A program made the position numbers and the translations under genes. Shown here piece after piece: positions 37,558-45,059 of a stretch of DNA of 52,344 bases (within the stretch, counting starts at the first letter, position 1; every line of letters begins with the position of its first letter). A model generated the notes under the pieces. It had not been told where the DNA came from. It ran no database searches and saw only the letters and a program-made list of their open reading frames with translations. Source of the DNA: a virus (taxonomy: Duplodnaviria > Caudoviricetes); the IMG/VR virus record IMGVR_UViG_3300038988_000082, positions 1 through 52,344 of that record; one strand, written 5' to 3'.

Positions 37558-38624
37558 ATGGAAAAGTTCTGGATTTTGTGAAGTGGGGGCTTTCTCATGT
37601 TAAGAAGGCTTCTGCTCCGATCGGAGCGATACTCCCCGTTGGCCGTAACGATATTGGTGCCGCCGGTGAATGGGAGTACATTTACGGAACATCCGGCGAG
37701 AAATGTACACAAGCCATTCTCGACAGAAGTTTCAGGACGTACTATAGCAAAAACGGTCGTACAAAGGCCGAGTTTGACAGAGCAACAGCGGGTTGGCTTG
37801 CGAGAGGAGTTTATGTCTCGGACTGCCAGGGCATCGAAGATGCATACAGCCATGCGCAGACAAATGCAGACGGCAACTACAGAAATTTATGTACTGACAA
37901 AGGCCTGTGCTCTGCAATAAACCGTCCGTACGTACTTGGCGAGGCCGTGTTCAACGGTACAAATTCCAAGAAGACACACGTTGGCTGGGTATGCGGCTTT
38001 ATGTCAAACGGAGACGTTCTTGTCATGGAATGCCGAGGCCTGGACTATGGCTTTATCATCACGCAGATGAGCAAGCGGCCGTGGAAGTATCGTGGGCTCA
38101 TGACCAAGCGTTATGAGTATGACAAGACAGCTACTGCTCCGGCACCCCCGTCGTCTGGTTCTGGGTATGTCTTTACGCGTCAACTTCAAAATGGATGCGT
38201 TGGCAAGGACGTTAAAGAGCTTAAGAAGGCTCTCGTAGCAAAAGGCTATACCAATCTGGATGTAAACAATGATAGATTCCTTGGCGAAACTGAGGAGACC
38301 GTCAAAGCATTCCAGAAAGCAAATGGTCTGGACGTGGATGGCGTCGTCGGTCCTCAGACATATGGCGCGCTCGGGCTGAAGTACAACAAGAACGAGTTTA
38401 TATTTACTCGTGTGCTTGAGTACGGATGCAAAGGCGACGATGTTATCGAGTTCAAGAAAGTCCTGGTGGCAAAGGGGTATAAGAACCTCGATGTTACGAA
38501 CAACAGGTTCTTGGGCGAGACGCGCGATACTACAAAGAGTTATCAGCGTGAGAACGGTTTGACGATCGATGGCAGAGCGGGGTCGAAGACCTACGGGTCT
38601 CTTGGGGTCAAGTTCAAATTGTAG
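37554..38624 (+). CDS. Endolysin: Cys/His peptidase-like (NlpC/P60/CHAP-like) domain plus two peptidoglycan-binding repeats
   Basis: YIYG...SDCQG...HVGW; two G..G.DV..L...L..KGY...FQ..NGL..DG..G..T repeats. Confidence 0.82.
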   Translation: MNGKVLDFVKWGLSHVKKASAPIGAILPVGRNDIGAAGEWEYIYGTSGEKCTQAILDRSFRTYYSKNGRTKAEFDRATAGWLARGVYVSDCQGIEDAYSHAQTNADGNYRNLCTDKGLCSAINRPYVLGEAVFNGTNSKKTHVGWVCGFMSNGDVLVMECRGLDYGFIITQMSKRPWKYRGLMTKRYEYDKTATAPAPPSSGSGYVFTRQLQNGCVGKDVKELKKALVAKGYTNLDVNNDRFLGETEETVKAFQKANGLDVDGVVGPQTYGALGLKYNKNEFIFTRVLEYGCKGDDVIEFKKVLVAKGYKNLDVTNNRFLGETRDTTKSYQRENGLTIDGRAGSKTYGSLGVKFKL

Positions 38625-38643
38625 GGGTTATGCGAGTACGTAA

Positions 38644-38680
38644 GGGTGGGACGGTGTTATATTTTAGCATCGCCCCATTC
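38644..38680 (+). terminator. Hairpin at end of lysis module
   Basis: GGGTGGGACGGTGTTA / TAGCATCGCCCCATTC imperfect inverted repeat. Confidence 0.5.
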
Positions 38681-38727
38681 TGCTCGCAGTTATAACAATC
38701 AATCTTAAAATTTTCCCGGGTGGGTTT

Positions 38728-38752
38728 CGCGGAAAAAACAAAGTACTTTATG
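38728..38752 (+). promoter_or_regulatory. Phage promoter-like motif
   Basis: CGCG GAAAAA ACA AAGTACTTT ATG. Confidence 0.75.
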
Positions 38753-38791
38753 GAACCGAAAGGTTGCTATTATCTAAAAGAGGTTAGCAAG

Positions 38792-39028
38792 ATGGCTGGA
38801 TACAAAAAGGGGTCTAAGGCAATGGAGGATATGTTAGTAAGAAGGTTCGGCAATGATTTGAGAAAAATTTACGAAAAAGCTCCTCAAGCGGAGAAAGAAA
38901 TCGTAACTTTGGCCAAACACATTGGCGAAGTTCTTGACACTTATCTGGATACGCAGCAGAACGAAGAGATTGGCCTTGCAATATTTCTTATTGATAAGGA
39001 TAACAAAGTTACAGAGATCGAGCCTTAA
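38792..39028 (+). CDS. Hypothetical cassette protein
   Basis: AAGAGG RBS before ATG 38792; stop codon lies inside the repeat hairpin. Confidence 0.7.
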   Translation: MAGYKKGSKAMEDMLVRRFGNDLRKIYEKAPQAEKEIVTLAKHIGEVLDTYLDTQQNEEIGLAIFLIDKDNKVTEIEP

Positions 39029-39069
39029 CAAGGGCTCTTTCTTTCGCGAAAAAAACATGATGTATAATG
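39020..39069 (+). repeat. Cassette junction: terminator hairpin plus promoter motif
   Basis: GAGCCTTAACAAGGGCTCTTTCTTT then CGCG AAAAAA ACA TGATGTATA ATG. Confidence 0.8.
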
Positions 39070-39137
39070 AAGAATAGCTCAGATGGGAGAGCACTAGCAT
39101 AGTCTAGAGGTCAAGGGTTCAAGTCCCTTTTCTTTTT
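39068..39137 (+). tRNA. tRNA-like RNA with shortened anticodon arm (pseudo-tRNA or mimic)
   Basis: D arm TAGCTCAGATGGGAGAGCA, T arm AAGGG-TTCAAGT-CCCTT, acceptor GAAGAA/TTCTTT; anticodon arm CTAG-CATAGT-CTAG is 14 nt rather than 17; no CCA. Confidence 0.65.
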
Positions 39138-39158
39138 ATTTTTGAAAGGAGAATTATT

Positions 39159-39377
39159 ATGTTACTACTTGGAATCGGAATTGGTATTATTATCGGAGCA
39201 GTCGTAATGATATTTTTGTTACGGGAACGCCCAGTCGGTTTTCTTATGGTGAACAACCAAGATAAGGAAGAAGATCCCTATTTATTTTTAGAGTTAACAA
39301 GCGATGTCCAGACGGTCTGTAAGAAATCGTATATCAGGCTCAAAGTTAACAAAAAAGGTTATACTCCGCAAGAATAA
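39159..39377 (+). CDS. Small membrane protein
   Basis: GAAAGGAG RBS; N-terminal TM helix. Confidence 0.75.
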   Translation: MLLLGIGIGIIIGAVVMIFLLRERPVGFLMVNNQDKEEDPYLFLELTSDVQTVCKKSYIRLKVNKKGYTPQE

Positions 39378-39391
39378 CAACGTCTTTTATG
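39367..39391 (+). promoter_or_regulatory. Phage promoter-like motif
   Basis: CGCA AGAATA ACA ACGTCTTTT ATG. Confidence 0.7.
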
Positions 39392-39428
39392 GAACACATT
39401 AATTTATATTTTTGAGGAGGTTAAAAGA

Positions 39429-39821
39429 ATGAATGAGGAGCTGAAGAACTCGCTGGACAAGAGGATCGAACAGTGTCTAAAAAAGTTAGAAACTTTAGAA
39501 GAAGGTAGTGAAGCAAAAAAATCAGCAATTGGAGACCTCGATATACTTTACAAATTACATCTTGAGGAGATCAAGATTCAAATGGAAACGCTCGATAAAT
39601 TTGAGAAGAGGAGAATTGAAGAGGAGAATAATAAAAGCGTTGTAAAGGAACAATTAATAGATCGATATATCAAGGTTGGATTGGAAATTGTATTGGGAGT
39701 TAGCCAATTAATATTTTGTGCTATATACCTAAATAGAGGGTTTAAGTTTGAGGAAACTGGAACATTTACGTCAGCGACGAACAGAAAATGTCAGAGTTGG
39801 GTTAAACCAAACAGAAGATAA
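39429..39821 (+). CDS. Coiled-coil membrane protein
   Basis: GAGGAGG RBS; TM helix followed by FEETG. Confidence 0.75.
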   Translation: MNEELKNSLDKRIEQCLKKLETLEEGSEAKKSAIGDLDILYKLHLEEIKIQMETLDKFEKRRIEEENNKSVVKEQLIDRYIKVGLEIVLGVSQLIFCAIYLNRGFKFEETGTFTSATNRKCQSWVKPNRR

Positions 39822-39840
39822 GATTATATTGTTTAAGATG

Positions 39841-39903
39841 GGGGTACTGTGTTGGTCACACGGTATCTTCTTTCCTCTCGCGATAAAAACAGTTCCCTTT
39901 ATG
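39841..39903 (+). repeat. Cassette junction: hairpin plus promoter motif (CGCG at 39879)
   Basis: GGTACTGTG/CACGGTATC hairpin and T tract, then CGCG ATAAAA ACA GTTCCCTTT ATG. Confidence 0.7.
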
Positions 39904-39931
39904 GAAAATAATACTATTTTAATAAAGGAGA

Positions 39932-40294
39932 ATGGATATGGGTAAAACTATATTTGCGAATTTTAACAAGGAGAATTTGAACCAATCTAAGGAAAAGGTT
40001 GCTTCAAAATTTCAAAAGGCAAAAGAATGGGCTATTAGAAATAAAGAAGTCCTGATTGTGGTTGCACCGATTGTTGTTGGAGTCGTAGGCTTTGTAGGAA
40101 AAGCTGCGATAAAAAACATAAATTTGCGCAAGCAGGAATCAGTGAAAAACTTATATTGCTATGACCGGTCTTTAGGCCATTATTGGAGTTTGAAGAGAAA
40201 TCTGACAAATAGAGAATGGGTCGAAATTGACAAGAGAAAGAAGAACGGAGAAAGGTTAGCTGATATCTTATCAGAATTAAAGGTATTAAAGTAA
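39932..40294 (+). CDS. Membrane-anchored hypothetical protein
   Basis: AAAGGAG RBS; TM helix; YDRSLGHYW.L. Confidence 0.75.
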   Translation: MDMGKTIFANFNKENLNQSKEKVASKFQKAKEWAIRNKEVLIVVAPIVVGVVGFVGKAAIKNINLRKQESVKNLYCYDRSLGHYWSLKRNLTNREWVEIDKRKKNGERLADILSELKVLK

Positions 40295-40300
40295 AGAATT

Positions 40301-40356
40301 GAGCCGAACAAAGGCTCTTTTCTTTTTAATTCGCGGAAAAAACAAAGCACTTTATG
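40301..40356 (+). repeat. Cassette junction: terminator plus promoter motif (CGCG at 40332)
   Basis: GAGCCGAACAAAGGCTCTTTT then CGCG GAAAAA ACA AAGCACTTT ATG. Confidence 0.8.
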
Positions 40357-40375
40357 AAAGGAAGGTATAATATTT

Positions 40376-40522
40376 ATGAAAAAATCATCACTGGAAGTAA
40401 AATGGCAAATTTTTATTGGTCATGCCAAGAAGCGTGGTGCGACTGAGGACGAATTGAAAATTTTGGTTAAAGCGATGGATTTAATTAAAAAATATTCATC
40501 AATCTACGAGAAGGAGTACTAA
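40376..40522 (+). CDS. 48-aa cassette protein, not in ORF track
   Basis: GGAAGG RBS; MKKSSLEVKWQIFIGHAKKRGATEDELKILVKAMDLIKKYSSIYEKEY; stop inside hairpin. Confidence 0.7.
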   Translation: MKKSSLEVKWQIFIGHAKKRGATEDELKILVKAMDLIKKYSSIYEKEY

Positions 40523-40566
40523 CAAGGGCTCTTTCATTTTGCGCGAGATTAACATCTCCTATTGTG
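40514..40566 (+). repeat. Cassette junction: terminator plus promoter motif (CGCG at 40542)
   Basis: GAGTACTAACAAGGGCTCTTT then CGCG AGATTA ACA TCTCCTATT GTG. Confidence 0.78.
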
Positions 40567-40591
40567 AAAACAATTTATAGGAGGTAATGTT

Positions 40592-40825
40592 ATGAAAAAA
40601 AATACAGTAATAAAAATCATTAAAGGGTCAGTTATCATAGGAGGATTATGGTTGACATCTGAAGTGTGGTATCAAATAGGAAAAGGCAAAATGCTTGGTC
40701 TTATGCGAAAATATAACTTAGACGCAGTCGATGTGCTTAATATGTTAAATGAACCTAATACGAATGATTATAGAATTAAGCTCATAAAATGCGCTTCCGA
40801 TATGGCAAGAGGAATTGAGTCCTAA
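40592..40825 (+). CDS. Small membrane-associated cassette protein
   Basis: AGGAGG RBS; stop inside hairpin. Confidence 0.72.
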   Translation: MKKNTVIKIIKGSVIIGGLWLTSEVWYQIGKGKMLGLMRKYNLDAVDVLNMLNEPNTNDYRIKLIKCASDMARGIES

Positions 40826-40868
40826 CAAGGGCTCTTTCTTTTTCGCGTAAAAAACAAGGTCTATAATG
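40817..40868 (+). repeat. Cassette junction: terminator plus promoter motif (CGCG at 40844)
   Basis: GAGTCCTAACAAGGGCTCTTTCTTTTT then CGCG TAAAAA ACA AGGTCTATA ATG. Confidence 0.8.
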
Positions 40869-40901
40869 GAGTAAAATCTATATTTTGAAAGGATGTTAAT
40901 T

Positions 40902-41048
40902 ATGAACAAGAACCGGAAGAAAGCAATAGCATTTGCGAGTGCGGCAGCAGTAGCTGTAGGTATTCTAATATGCGGAGTGCAATATTCGGATCAGATCAAA
41001 GGTTTCGTAAGCATCGTAGTGAGCAAAATTAAGATTAAAGAGTCTTAA
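40902..41048 (+). CDS. 48-aa membrane cassette protein, not in ORF track
   Basis: GAAAGGA RBS; MNKNRKKAIAFASAAAVAVGILICGVQYSDQIKGFVSIVVSKIKIKES; stop inside hairpin. Confidence 0.7.
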   Translation: MNKNRKKAIAFASAAAVAVGILICGVQYSDQIKGFVSIVVSKIKIKES

Positions 41049-41150
41049 CAAGGGCTCTTTAGTTTCTCGCGATATTTGCTAAAGGTATCCAAAGAACGGA
41101 GCCAAGCAAAGGCTCTTTAGTTTCTCGCGATATTTACATGTTGTATTGTG
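41040..41150 (+). repeat. Two tandem cassette junctions (one empty) ending in a promoter motif at 41126
   Basis: GGCTCTTTAGTTTCTCGCGATATTT occurs at 41053 and 41111; second copy continues ACA TGTTGTATT GTG. Confidence 0.78.
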
Positions 41151-41218
41151 AGAGAAGGTTGTCCTAGAAATAGGATAAGATTAATAGCGCTGTGTAGCGG
41201 TTAATTGAACGTTCTCTC
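41150..41218 (+). ncRNA. Three-way-junction small RNA
   Basis: Closing stem GAGAGAAGGTT/AACGTTCTCTC; hairpins GTCCTA-GAAA-TAGGAT and ATTAAT..CGCT-GTGT-AGCG-GTTAAT. Confidence 0.55.
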
Positions 41219-41245
41219 TAAGTTTTGTTGAAAGGAGAAAAGTAT

Positions 41246-42043
41246 ATGGGAGGGCTTCTTGGTAAACTAAGTTTATATTTGAAGCGGCATTCACCAACTA
41301 TCTTAACTTGTGTCGGGGCGTTAGGAGTTGTCGGTACGGCTGTATTAGCCGTAAAGGCTACACCAAAGGCTATTCGAATGATTGAGGCAGCAGAAGTTGA
41401 GAAAAGCATACGGCTTGGGCAAGGTAGTGAAAGCACTGCTGGTAAGTTAACAAAGAAAGAGGTTGTGAAAACGGTTTGGAAATGCTATATTCCAGCTACT
41501 GCTGTGGGCTTAGGTACTATATTTTGCGTCCTTAGTGCACATATGCTCAACCAAAAGCGGCAGTCATCTATAATGAGCGCATATTTACTTGTAGACTCAG
41601 CTTATAAAGAATATAGGAGTAAAGTCAAAGAACTATATGGAGAAGAAGCAGACGTTCGGGTAGAAAAGGCTATAATGGAGGAGCGATACCAAAAATTCCG
41701 TGAAGAACATATGGAAACTAATCCTGCATACGGTGAGACTCAATTATTTTATGAAGAAAATCATCGGCATTTCTTTCATAGCACTAAAGAGCAGGTTTTA
41801 AATGCTGAACATCATATTAATGAGATTCTAAACATTACCGGTCATGCGAGTCTCAAAGAGTTTCATATTATGTTAGGACTAGACAGCCCAGATCAGGGCC
41901 TGGGATGGAATCTTGATTACGTTGATGATGGATTTTATGGTAATAGCTCTTGGATAGACTTTAGCCATGAGGATATTGTTCTTGAAGATGGTTTAGAATG
42001 TACCATTATAACCATTGAAACACCACTTAAGATGATCTACTAA
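41246..42043 (+). CDS. DUF6353-like protein, paralog 1
   Basis: HSPTILT.VG..G...TAVLAVKATP...KCYIP; GAAAGGAG RBS before ATG 41246. Confidence 0.75.
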   Translation: MGGLLGKLSLYLKRHSPTILTCVGALGVVGTAVLAVKATPKAIRMIEAAEVEKSIRLGQGSESTAGKLTKKEVVKTVWKCYIPATAVGLGTIFCVLSAHMLNQKRQSSIMSAYLLVDSAYKEYRSKVKELYGEEADVRVEKAIMEERYQKFREEHMETNPAYGETQLFYEENHRHFFHSTKEQVLNAEHHINEILNITGHASLKEFHIMLGLDSPDQGLGWNLDYVDDGFYGNSSWIDFSHEDIVLEDGLECTIITIETPLKMIY

Positions 42044-42047
42044 TTTT

Positions 42048-42072
42048 CGCGAGATTTACAATTTGTTTAATG
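42048..42072 (+). promoter_or_regulatory. Phage promoter-like motif
   Basis: CGCG AGATTT ACA ATTTGTTTA ATG. Confidence 0.72.
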
Positions 42073-42089
42073 AAAGGATGGTGACATTT

Positions 42090-42257
42090 ATGAAAAATCT
42101 TGATAAGAAATGGCTTGAGATTATTGGCGCAGCTATGACTGGACTGGGGATTATAGCGTCCCTGGTCGGAGGAGTGGTAGGCAAGAAATCGGCAAGTCTC
42201 GAAATGAAAGAGGAAGTTAGTAAGGAGGTCGCTAGACAACTTAAAGAGAAGCCTTAA
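42090..42257 (+). CDS. Small membrane cassette protein
   Basis: TM helix; stop inside AAGCCTTAACAAAGGCTTTCTTTT hairpin. Confidence 0.7.
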   Translation: MKNLDKKWLEIIGAAMTGLGIIASLVGGVVGKKSASLEMKEEVSKEVARQLKEKP

Positions 42258-42288
42258 CAAAGGCTTTCTTTTCGTTCTGGAGGGTGAA

Positions 42289-42600
42289 ATGAATATGGAA
42301 GAGCGCGAGAGTGTAGCGCAAGGAATTATGAAATATATTGATGAGTGTACTCTTGACTTGGTGCCTATATGGCCGCAGGATGCGTTTATGCACTATTCAT
42401 ATTCGCGGTGGACCGCAGAAGAGATGTTGGCTTATATCCTGGATTTTCCTTTTGACCCACCAATCGATGTGCTCGAGGATTTCATAATTAAGCTCACATA
42501 TTATTCGTGCGCTGCCAAAGATGAGAATGCACGTCTCTTATTTGCGACTGCGGCTGCTACAGCAGAGGATATAGTATCTTATATTTCACATACCTGTTAG
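42289..42600 (+). CDS. Hypothetical protein, paralog A
   Basis: GGAGGG RBS; PIWP...Y.RWTA.E shared with next gene. Confidence 0.72.
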   Translation: MNMEERESVAQGIMKYIDECTLDLVPIWPQDAFMHYSYSRWTAEEMLAYILDFPFDPPIDVLEDFIIKLTYYSCAAKDENARLLFATAAATAEDIVSYISHTC

Positions 42601-42612
42601 GGGCGGTGTGTA

Positions 42613-43008
42613 ATGTTAAGTAGAGAACAGGAGTTCGTGATTCGAGGAATTCGAAGTTATATTAGGCGATATTTTCCAAAGCCAGCACCAATATGGCCTA
42701 AACGAGAGTTTTTCTGTCGTGCATACGAGCGATGGACGGCTGATGAGCTGATCGAGTATATTGTAAATCATGTTGATTATTCGCCAATCTATGCTATGAA
42801 GGAATGTCTTAAAAAGTTTGACGATTTTGCATGTGCTGGTAGCAAGGACATAGACCATCGTTATATATTTTCAATAGCATACGATACTGCTCAAGATATT
42901 ATTGATTATGTGTCATATTTACTTGTAGACTCAGCTTATAAAGAATATAGGAGTGCAGACGTTCGGGTAGAAAAGGCTATGAAAGGAGTCAGAGATGAGC
43001 AAGTTTAG
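42613..43008 (+). CDS. Hypothetical protein, paralog B, with C-terminus copied from DUF6353-like paralog 1
   Basis: PIWP...YERWTADE; 42914-42980 matches 41580-41620 joined to 41648-41673. Confidence 0.72.
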   Translation: MLSREQEFVIRGIRSYIRRYFPKPAPIWPKREFFCRAYERWTADELIEYIVNHVDYSPIYAMKECLKKFDDFACAGSKDIDHRYIFSIAYDTAQDIIDYVSYLLVDSAYKEYRSADVRVEKAMKGVRDEQV

Positions 43009-43762
43009 TCTATCTAAAATCATCAGGAGTTTTAGGGGTACCCTGGTGAAGTACAGTCCGGAAATCTTGACCGGGCTCGGAATTGCAGGAATGGTAACTA
43101 CGGTTATCATGGCAGTAAAAGCGACCCCTAGAGCACTGGAAAAAATAGAGAATAAGAAAGACGAGGTTAACGATGACAATTTACGACCTCTCGAGCTTAT
43201 TCAGGCTACATGGAAGTGTTATATTCCGGCAGCAGTCACAGGGGCATTATCCATAGGGTGCTTCATAGGCGCTCAGTCTGTCAACGTACGGAGACAAGCG
43301 GCTTTGGCGACGGCATACACCCTATCAGAATCCGCTCTAAGAGAATATCAGGCAAAGGTTGTCGAGACAATCGGCGAGAAAAAGGAACAGGCTGTTCGTG
43401 ACTCCATCGACAAGGATAAGGTTGACAAAAATCCCATATCTGATAGAGAGATTCTCATAACTGAAAAAGGAAACACTTTGTGTTATGACTCCTTGTCCGG
43501 ACGGTATTTCAAGTCAGACATTGACAAGATTCGGCGTGCTGAGAACGAGATGAATCGGCGAATGATCAGCGATATGTATATTTCTTTGAATGATTTCTAT
43601 GATGAGATTGGGCTCAAGGGTACAAAGACCGGCTCCGAGCTTGGATGGAACATTGATAAAGGGTTTGTGGAGTTGAGGTTCAGCTCTCAACTTGCTGAGG
43701 ATGGGACACCATGCCTTGTCCTCAATTATACACTTTCACCGCGGTCGGATTATATGAGATAA
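42995..43762 (+). CDS. DUF6353-like protein, paralog 2
   Basis: YSPEILTGLGIAG...AVKATP...WKCYIP...SLNDFY..LGWN. Confidence 0.78.
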   Translation: MSKFSLSKIIRSFRGTLVKYSPEILTGLGIAGMVTTVIMAVKATPRALEKIENKKDEVNDDNLRPLELIQATWKCYIPAAVTGALSIGCFIGAQSVNVRRQAALATAYTLSESALREYQAKVVETIGEKKEQAVRDSIDKDKVDKNPISDREILITEKGNTLCYDSLSGRYFKSDIDKIRRAENEMNRRMISDMYISLNDFYDEIGLKGTKTGSELGWNIDKGFVELRFSSQLAEDGTPCLVLNYTLSPRSDYMR

Positions 43763-43769
43763 AACGGTA

Positions 43770-43794
43770 CGCGAAAAAAACACAGTACTTTATG
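43770..43794 (+). promoter_or_regulatory. Phage promoter-like motif
   Basis: CGCG AAAAAA ACA CAGTACTTT ATG. Confidence 0.75.
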
Positions 43795-43834
43795 GAAACC
43801 ATAAAACTTTTCTAAAAATGAAAGGAGAACTAAA

Positions 43835-44038
43835 ATGGATAACAATGAAAACATGGTAAACGAGGAAATCATGGAGGCTACGACAAAGGGCGGCTTCAAG
43901 AAATTTCTGGTAGTTGGCGGCATCGTCACAGGTATCGTGCTTGCAGGCTTTGGCCTGGTCAAGGGCGGTAAGTTGATCGCACGCAAAATCAAAGAGAAGA
44001 GAGAAGCGGACTCGGCGGAGGAGATCCAGGAAGACTGA
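43835..44038 (+). CDS. Small membrane protein
   Basis: GAAAGGAG RBS; single TM helix. Confidence 0.75.
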   Translation: MDNNENMVNEEIMEATTKGGFKKFLVVGGIVTGIVLAGFGLVKGGKLIARKIKEKREADSAEEIQED

Positions 44039-44092
44039 GTACATGACATTGGAATCATTGGGGAAACCCGAATAGAAGGGGTTTTAAGGAGT

Positions 44093-44125
44093 GAGGGGCA
44101 CTGACAACACAGTGTCTTCTCTTTC
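44093..44125 (+). terminator. Terminator-like hairpin
   Basis: GAGGGGCACTG-ACAACA-CAGTGTCTTCTC-TTTC. Confidence 0.6.
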
Positions 44126-44150
44126 TCCTTATATTTTAGGAGGGAACATA

Positions 44151-44348
44151 ATGAACACATATTCATATAAAGGGCCTGTGAAATCGTTTGGGACGTGTAT
44201 TGCGGATAAGTGGGAAGGCTCCACACGGGCCATTTCAGAAGCTAAGGCTAGATCTAACCTGGCCTATCAATATAAAAAGGGGCACAACCTTTCTGCGGAT
44301 GCGTATATTACGTTGCCGGGCAAGCTTGTCCTTGAGAAGGAGGAATAA
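44151..44348 (+). CDS. Hypothetical protein
   Basis: AGGAGGG RBS before ATG 44151 (MNTYSYKGPV...). Confidence 0.72.
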   Translation: MNTYSYKGPVKSFGTCIADKWEGSTRAISEAKARSNLAYQYKKGHNLSADAYITLPGKLVLEKEE

Positions 44349-44352
44349 AAGA

Positions 44353-44958
44353 GTGGATTACAAACCTAATTCGCACAGGTCAAAAGAAGAACCTGACGAA
44401 CAAGCCCCGGAAAAAAAAGTAGAAAAAGCCGTTGTCAGTAATGCCAGAGTGAAGAAAAAAGGTGAATTGAGAAAGTTTGCGGACGTCTTTATATCTGAGG
44501 ATGTCAAAAACGTCAAGTCGTACGTTATTCTTGGAGTGCTAGTGCCGGCAATAAAGAAAGCCATTTCAGATATCATTACCAATGGTATTGATATGATTCT
44601 TTATGGAGAGTCCGGGCGAACAAAAAGGAACTCAATGGCATCGAGAGTTTCTTATCGAAACTATTATGATCGGGATAAAGGTCGCACTGACTATTTGGCA
44701 CAGCGTACAAGAACGGGGTACAGTTATGACGATGTATATTTTGATACCCGTGGGGAAGCCGAAGAGGTGTTGTCCAGAATGGACGAACTCATATCTACGT
44801 ATGATATGGTAAGCGTCGCCGATTTGTACGACCTTGTCGGGGTGTCAAGCAATTATACTGACAACAACTACGGATGGACAAACCTGAAGAGCGCATCCGT
44901 TGAACGCGGCAGGGATGGATATTATCTTAAACTGCCGAAGATTATATCTTTGAAATAA
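44353..44958 (+). CDS. Hypothetical phage protein
   Basis: AAGGAGG RBS before GTG 44353; SVADLYDLVG...YGWT shares the C-terminal pattern of the DUF6353-like proteins. Confidence 0.75.
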   Translation: MDYKPNSHRSKEEPDEQAPEKKVEKAVVSNARVKKKGELRKFADVFISEDVKNVKSYVILGVLVPAIKKAISDIITNGIDMILYGESGRTKRNSMASRVSYRNYYDRDKGRTDYLAQRTRTGYSYDDVYFDTRGEAEEVLSRMDELISTYDMVSVADLYDLVGVSSNYTDNNYGWTNLKSASVERGRDGYYLKLPKIISLK

Positions 44959-45059
44959 GGAGATATTGCCATGGAATATATTAAATTGATTGCTATCTTT
45001 ATAGCAGGGATATCAGATTGTATTTCCAGAAGCGACAATTATAGATTTAGGAGGAAAAG

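Noticed and set aside
41150-41218. Hammerhead ribozyme
   Set aside because: Three-stem layout, but the conserved CUGANGA and GAAA junction nucleotides are absent
39020-42270. Integron attC sites (stop codons within ...YTAACAA resemble the RYYYAAC inverse core)
   Set aside because: No matching GTTRRRY core or long attC palindrome and no tyrosine recombinase in the window; the hairpins with T tracts fit intrinsic terminators better
35379-42980. Diversity-generating retroelement acting on the tail fibre, or the 67-bp duplication as a TR/VR pair
   Set aside because: No reverse transcriptase; the duplication has no adenine-specific mismatches and is not in a fibre gene
38728-43794. CRISPR array or mini-array
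   Set aside because: Repeats are degenerate and separated by whole genes of variable length; the PD-(D/E)XK nuclease at 9733 has no cas context
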